Shown here piece by piece: positions 58,101 to 64,000 of a stretch of DNA of 64,000 nucleotides; the first letter of the stretch is position 1; the number at the start of each line of letters is the position of its first letter. Source of the DNA: an uncultured Acidobacteriota bacterium. Lineage in GTDB: Bacteria; Acidobacteriota; Thermoanaerobaculia; UBA5066; Gp7-AA6. Location: contig CAWGKP010000011.1 in assembly GCA_963823185.1 (NCBI GenBank), forward strand, positions 413,805 through 477,804, in the 5' to 3' direction. A program made the translations under genes and the position numbers. The notes under the pieces were generated by a model. It worked only from the letters and a program-made list of their open reading frames with translations, was not told the origin of the DNA and searched no databases.

Positions 58101-61100
58101 CTACTGCAGCAGGATCTGTCGTCGCCTTCGGAGCGCTCCCGTCGTTCAGCTGGAGAATGATCTCGTAGCAGCCGGCTCCGGTCGTCACCGACTTGGTCGA
58201 CCAGTTGAAGAGGAACTGGTTGTTGTTCGAGTCGTATCGGAACGTGCTGCCTCCCGTCGCGCCGCTCGTCGGCATATAGAGCAGGAACGTTGAGCCGGTC
58301 GCGGCCCCCGGCGTGCACGCCCCGCCGACGTAGTAGGTCGCCTGGAGAATCTTCGTCGAGGTCAGGCTCGTGACGAAGTTGCCCGAGGAATCCTTCAGCT
58401 GCCACTTGATCGGCAGGCCCTTGCTGAAATTGCCGGTACCGGAATTGCTCGGCACGGTGAGCGTACCCGCAGTGGAGAGCGGCGAGTTGAAGCCGATGAA
58501 CGTATAGGGCGCCGTGACCGCGTGCGGGGCCCCTCCCACGCTCGAATTGAAGTTGGCATCGCCCGAGTAGGTCGCCGTCAGAGTCCAGCTTCCGGAGACC
58601 GTCAGCGTCAACGAGCAGGAGCCCGCCCCCGCCGTCAGGGCCGCGACACAGCTCTGGGCCGTGCCGTCGTTAACCGTGACCGTCACCGATCCCGCGGGTG
58701 TCCCGGCGGCCGGAGCCGCAGCCGCCACGGCGACGGAGACCGTGACCGCCTGGCCGGACGCCGAAGGATCCGGCGCGTCGGAAGACACGACGGTGACGGA
58801 GTTGCCCCGCACCGCCCACGGCGCCGAGCCCCCGCTCGCGAGGTGCGCGCCGCTGCCGGAATAGCTCGCCGAGATCGTACGGACGCCGACGGCCGTGCCC
58901 GTCACCGAGACCGAGCAGCCGGAAACGCCCACCGCGCCCGCGACGAGGTTGCAGGACGCGCCGGAGAACGAGTCGGCGCTCGAGGACGAGAGGCTCACCG
59001 TGCCGGACGGGCTCGATTTCGTACCCGCGGCCTCGGTGTCGGTCACCGTCACCGAGACCGTCGCCGCCTGGCCGGCCATCGCCGGGTTCGGCGACACGGA
59101 AACGCTCGTCGTGGTGCCGCGCTTGCTCACCTGGAGCGTCAGGGTCGTCGTGCTCGCCTGGAAGACGCCCGACACGTCCGCGTAGTTGGCCGTGATGACG
59201 TGGGGGCTCGCCGAGGCGGCGGTCACCGAAACGGAGCACGAGGCCGAAGTCCCGCCGCCCGAGGACAGCGCGCAGTTGGCCGCCGGGCTGAAGGTGTCTG
59301 TCCCCACGGAGGAGCTGAACGTCACGGAGCCGGTCGGCGCCGTCGTCGCGCCGGCCGCCGTGTTCGTGACGGTCACGGTCACGGTCGAGGGCTGCCCGAC
59401 GACGACGTTCGGGCTCGAGAAGCCGATGCCCGTCGATGTCGTCAGCGCGGTGGCGGTCAGGTTGGCCCCGCCCGACGACGATTGATGCACCGCATCGGCC
59501 GGGTAGCTCGCCGTGATCGCGAAGGAACCCGCCGCCGCCGCGGACACCGACGCCGTGCAGGTCGACTGATTCGCCGCGGCCTGGGAGAGGTTGCAGTTCC
59601 CGCCCGTGACCCCCGCGTCTCCGCTCACCGCCACGGTCCCCGCCGGCGCCGAAGGCGTGCCCGTCGATTCCGTGTCGGTGACGGTGACGGTCGCCGCGCT
59701 GTTCTGCCCGACGAGCACCGAGGCCGGCGCCAGCGAGACCGACGTCGTCGTCTTCCGCCCCGCGACGGAGAGCTGGAAGGTCTGCGACGCCGTCTGCGGA
59801 TTGACCGGCGTCGAGTCGGCCACCTGGATGGTGAACGTGAAGGTTCCGGAGCCCGACGGCGTGCCGGAGATCGCGCCGCCGGGCGCGAGCGTCAGCCCGC
59901 CGGGCAGGGAACCCGAGACGAGCGTCCAGGTCACGGGCGCCGTGCCGCCGATCGCCTGCAGCGTCGTGCTGTACGGCGTTCCGACGACGGCGGCCGGCAG
60001 CGTCGTGCCGCCGGCCGTCTGGATCGAGAGAAGGAGCGCGAAGTCCGAGAACGCCGCTCCCGTGTTCGCGCCGTGTGCGGTGACAACGGGCGTCAGATGC
60101 CGTGTCAGCTCGACCATGTCGTCGTGCGAGAGCTGGCCCCGGAGCGTCAGAAATACCGTCTCGCCGGGCGCGATCGATACGGTGGCGTTGTTCGCGCTCC
60201 CGTCGGCGATGTCCGGGTTCGTCGCGTCGGCCAGCGTGCCCGCGAGATTGCCGTCGGCCTCCGTCAGCACGGTGCTCTGCGGCTGGCTCTGCAGCGTGCA
60301 CCCAACGGCCACCGGCGTCTGCGAGTTCTTCGTCGCGATGACCTTCAGCGGAACGGCGTTGGGGTTGTTCCCGTAGAGCGCGATCCGGTACGAGTGCGTC
60401 GTGTTTCCGGTGTTGACCACGGCGTAGTTTGCGTCCGTGTACGGCGCGTTCGAGATGTTCGGATTCGAGATGTTGGGATTCGAAATGTTCGGGTTCGAGA
60501 TGTTGGGGTTGGCCGCCGTCGTGTTGGAGATGTTCGGATTCGAGATGTTGGGGTTCGAAATGCTCTGAATCGCCGGGCTCACGTTCGAGACCCCGACGTT
60601 CGAGATGTTCGGGTTCGAAATATTCGGGTTGGAGATGTTCGGGTTTGCGATGTTGTAAATCGCCGGATCCGCGTTCGAGATGTTGGGGTTCGAAATGTTC
60701 GGGATTCGAGATGTTGGGATTCAGCAGATTCACGTTCGGGTTCGTGACGTTCACGTAGGGATTCGGGTTGTCCGGATTGCCGGGGTTGTTGCCCGGGTTC
60801 CAGATCGCGAACGACGGCGTGTAGACCTCGACGCTGCCGACGTCCACCGACGATCCGTCGGGCTGGGCGAGCGGGGACACCGAGCCCTCGGGATTCAGGA
60901 TCACGGAGCCGGACAGGCAGGGGTTGCAAAACGGCGTCGTCTCGGTCACGTTGACCGTCAGCGTCCCGGCGGGATTCGCGGAGCTCGCGAACACCGGCCG
61001 GGCGATCCCCGACCGGGAGCCGACGGTCAGGCCCGTCAGCGAGAGCGCGGACGAGCTCTGCTGGAACGAGGCCGACACGCCGGGCCCCGGCGCGACGCTG

Positions 61101-63271
61101 AGCGTGACGACGCGATCCTGCGCCGTCATGTTCTGCACGGTGACGACGAAGGCGCGCTGTTTCGGGTCCGGCAACAGCGGCTTGGCGTCCTGCGGGGAGC
61201 CGACGAGAAGCCCCTCGCTGATCCGGCTCAGGTAGATGTTCTGGTTGCGGCTGCCCGTGAACGCGCTCTGGCAAAGGGGAACCTTCTGCGTCGGGTCGAG
61301 GATGCTCGAGCTCGTCCCGTCGCCGAGGTTCGTTGCCGAGGCGGGCGGCGTGTACTTGGACCAGTCCACGAAGCCCGTGGTCGGATCGATCGGCGGCACG
61401 ACGTCGCGGTTGTCGGTCCAGGACGCGAAGAACACGGGCGGCGCGGAAGCCGACGTGTTGAAGCTCCAGAGCCCCGTCGAGGGATTGACGGCGAACGTCT
61501 GTCCGGCGACGTCGATGTAGTCCCCGAGAAACGGCAACGTACCCTGGGAGAACATCGGGAGATTCGGCGCGTTGACCTGGAGCTGGTAGAGGTGGTCAGG
61601 CGGTTGCGGGCTGATCTCCTCGTTCTCGTCGTCGCGGAAGATCCCGTCGTCGCCCAGGGCCCAGAGCCCCATGCGGTACTGCGAGACGCTGGCCGACGTG
61701 AACGCCGGGTTGGCCCCCGGAAGGGCCTCCGCGACACGCAGATCGAGGGTGTGGCGGCGCTTCGTGAGGATCGTCGCGTCGTCGTCGATGAAGAGGGTGA
61801 AGACCTGATTGGCCCCCCCTGCGGCCTCGAGCTCGCCCCGCAGCGCCTGCGTGCGCAGGTAGAAGCGGCCCTGGGCGTCGGGCACGAAGGGGTTCTTCGG
61901 CTGGAAGAGAGAGAGCGTGTGGTCGAGCCTCTGGTCGTAGTAGACGACCATCAGCCGGCCCGCGGCAAACGTGAGCTGCGGCATGAACTGGTGCCCGCGC
62001 GAGAACTGATTGCCCGAGTCGTCGAGGAGGGTCCCGGAATCGACCGGAGTCGGAGCGCTCCAGGACTTTCCGGAATTCGACGACGTCGAGACGACGATGC
62101 GCGCATCCTGGCTGGCGCCCGTGCGCTGCGCCCAGGCGACGTGGACGCGGCCGTTCCCGCCGGCGTCGACGGACGTGGCGATCGACGGCAACGCATTCGT
62201 GCGGAACCGCGTGCCGGACATCGCCTGGTCGAAGGGCACGATCGTCGCCACCGTCGAGGTGTTCTTCGAGGGGAAACTCGCCCCGAAATCGTCGGAGCGC
62301 GCGACGAAAATCGAGTCCGGGTTGCTCGATGTCGCGAACTGCCGCCACGCGGCGTAGACCTTTCCGCTCGACGGATCGATCGCCAGATTGGTTCCCTGGT
62401 TGAGCGAGCTCGACTCGGACAGCTTGATCGGGTTCGACCAGGTCTTCCCGCAGTCGAGCGAGCGCGAGAGCATGATCTTCGTGCTCTGGCTCCCGGTGAA
62501 CCGACTCCAGACCAGGTAGACGTTGCCCGCCTTGATCGCCTGCGGTCCGGTCAGGCCGGTGAAGGTGCAGGTCCCGCCTCCCGATCGCGGGATGTCCACC
62601 GCGATCCAGGTCTTGTCGAGAAACTGTCCCGAGGTCCCCGTGTCGACGATAGTCGTGCTTTGGTAGCGGATGGCGTCGGTTCCCTGCGGCGCCGCGCCGT
62701 TCTCCTTCTGGTTCGTATCGAAGAAAGTCGAGACGAACACCGCCCCGTTGTTCGTGCCGCGGTTGAACGCGATCCCGCTGTAATAGAAGACGCCGCCCGT
62801 CCCCGCCCGAACCGTCGGGTCCGCCGCCGCGTTGTAGGCCTTCAATCCCGACGCGAGCCCGGCGGCCGACTGGTCCTGGGGATAGCCCGGATGGAGATAG
62901 CTCTGCCACGACAGGCCTCCATCGAAGGACTTGAAGACGCTGAGCCAGGCGTCGCCCGCCAGAGATCCGGGAACCGTGTCGGACGTCGGCAGGTCCACCG
63001 TGCGGTAGTCGTTGGCTCCGGCCAGAAGGTGGAGGGGATTTCGCGACGAGACCGCGAGGGAAGGCTCGTTCTGGCGCTGAAGGAACGGGTCGCCTCCCGG
63101 CCACTGCGTGCCCGACACCATGTTGATGTTCTGGCCCGCCACCGGCTGCGCAACGAGCGTGCCGGTGCGCAGGAGCGCGATCGCCGCGGCGATCACGACG
63201 AGCCGCGGCGTCGCCGCGTTGACGGAACGTCGAGATACTCGGGTACCGGGAGCCGCGGAGCAACGCGACAT
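58101..63271 (-). CDS. giant secreted protein (~1720 aa): BNR/sialidase-like propeller, NPNIS repeats, Ig-like repeats, C-terminal PxKF-like domain (frameshifts near 60702 and 58118)
   Basis: GAAGGAG SD and signal peptide; Asp-boxes SFDGGLSW, SLDCGKTW, SDDFGASF and SSNSGKSW; He_PIG-like LPGGLTL..G.ISGTP; Big_3-like repeats (ITASY.G/AD); FIGFNSPL..LPIKWQL; two single-base removals give one frame ending at TAG 58101-58103. Confidence 0.85.
60451..60721 (-). repeat. coding 15-bp / pentapeptide (NPNIS) repeat tract
   Basis: Twelve NPNIS units in runs of 3+3+2+4, separated by 10-, 15- and 5-residue spacers; synonymous codons vary between units. Confidence 0.9.
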
Positions 63272-63448
63272 CAGATCTCCTTCAGATGTGGATTTGACCA
63301 GCCGGTGAAGTACCGGCTAAACCGCCCAATCGCCCACCCGCGGCGGATTGTGTCACACTGAACCCTTCGACCCCGCCTACGCCAGACGGCGCAGGGAAAT
63401 CGGCGGTGGGCTTCCCCGGCACGCTAAAATCATCGACGGTCCGGATTC

Positions 63449-64000
63449 ATGATCTGCCCTGACTGCCACACGCCCAATCCGGAGGGCACGGCCCTCTGCC
63501 TCCAGTGCTCCGGCGATCTCTCGGATCCGGGCGAAAAGACCGTCGCCTCGTCCCCCGACGCGATGCCGACGATGGCCGCGCCCAAGAGCCTGAAGGACCT
63601 CCAGCAGGCGCGGCCGGGACAGGCCCTCTCCTCCCCCTCGCTCTCGCTGCCGCCGGGGTTCGAGATCGGGAGGCGTTACCGGGTCCGGCACCTGCTCGGG
63701 CGCGGCGGCATGGGGACGGTCTACCAGGTCGACGACATCGATCTCTCGCGCGAGGTCGCGCTCAAGCTCATCCGAAACGACATCGCGGAGAACACGCTGG
63801 TCCTCGAGCGTTTCAAACGCGAGATCCAGCTCTCGAGCAAGGTCACGCACCGCAACGTCCTGCGCGTCTACGACCTCGGCGAGGCCGACGGCGTGCAGTA
63901 CCTCACGATGCAGTTCATCGCCGGGGGAGACCTCGCGTCCCTCCTGAAGCGCGAGCGCCACCTGCCGATGGAGCGCGTCCTCAAGATCTTCAAGCAGGTC
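63449..64000 (+). CDS. zinc-ribbon Ser/Thr kinase, paralog of 55104-58055 (truncated by window end)
   Basis: Manual translation: MICPDCHTPNPEGTALCLQCSG, LLGRGGMG, VALKLIR and ERFKREIQLSSKVTHRNVLRVYDLG. Confidence 0.92.
   Translation, partial: MICPDCHTPNPEGTALCLQCSGDLSDPGEKTVASSPDAMPTMAAPKSLKDLQQARPGQALSSPSLSLPPGFEIGRRYRVRHLLGRGGMGTVYQVDDIDLSREVALKLIRNDIAENTLVLERFKREIQLSSKVTHRNVLRVYDLGEADGVQYLTMQFIAGGDLASLLKRERHLPMERVLKIFKQV

Noticed and set aside
60451-60721. 15-bp periodic repeats as a CRISPR array or diversity-generating element
   Set aside because: There are no unique spacers, variation is synonymous within a reading frame, and no cas or reverse transcriptase gene is in the window.
63345-63360. 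CRP-type site (TGTGTCACA) in the divergent promoter region
   Set aside because: It is a short palindrome lacking the 6-bp spacer of TGTGA-N6-TCACA and could be chance.
1-64000. Prophage, IS, integron or defence island
   Set aside because: No integrase, transposase, phage structural, restriction-modification or recognisable defence genes were found, and composition looks uniform by eye.

Overview
Very GC-rich (about 70% by eye), gene-dense bacterial chromosomal segment. It looks Acidobacteriota-like, but that is an inference from gene content only. About 55 protein genes can be supported. Signalling: three zinc-ribbon Ser/Thr kinases, an FHA-GAF adenylate cyclase and a LytS/LytTR + LiaF-like envelope-stress locus with visible LytTR boxes. 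Metabolism: an arginine deiminase operon (arcA-arcC-arcB), purB, ribBA, ddl, serA, a Moco operon (mobA-moaC-mog plus a NamZ-MobB fusion), a B12 acyl-CoA mutase large subunit with isobutyryl-CoA-mutase signature residues, bfr, a 2-oxoacid dehydrogenase E1 pair and a form-II cox-like molybdenum hydroxylase cluster. Other: rmuC, rlpA, ogt, an ABC exporter, an M14 peptidase and a ~1720-aa secreted protein with a strict NPNIS pentapeptide repeat, flanked by two paralogous receptor-type kinases. I recognised no rRNA, tRNA, CRISPR array, transposase or integrase. At least seven single-base indels split otherwise intact genes, which suggests unpolished long-read sequence. The most unusual signals are the NPNIS-repeat protein/kinase locus, a circularly permuted flavoprotein fused to a NapH-like domain near an RnfD-like/DUF2330 pair, the NamZ-MobB fusion, two structured intergenic repeat elements sharing a heptamer motif, and a duplicated xdhC 3' end. 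All family assignments come from motif recognition; no database searches were run.
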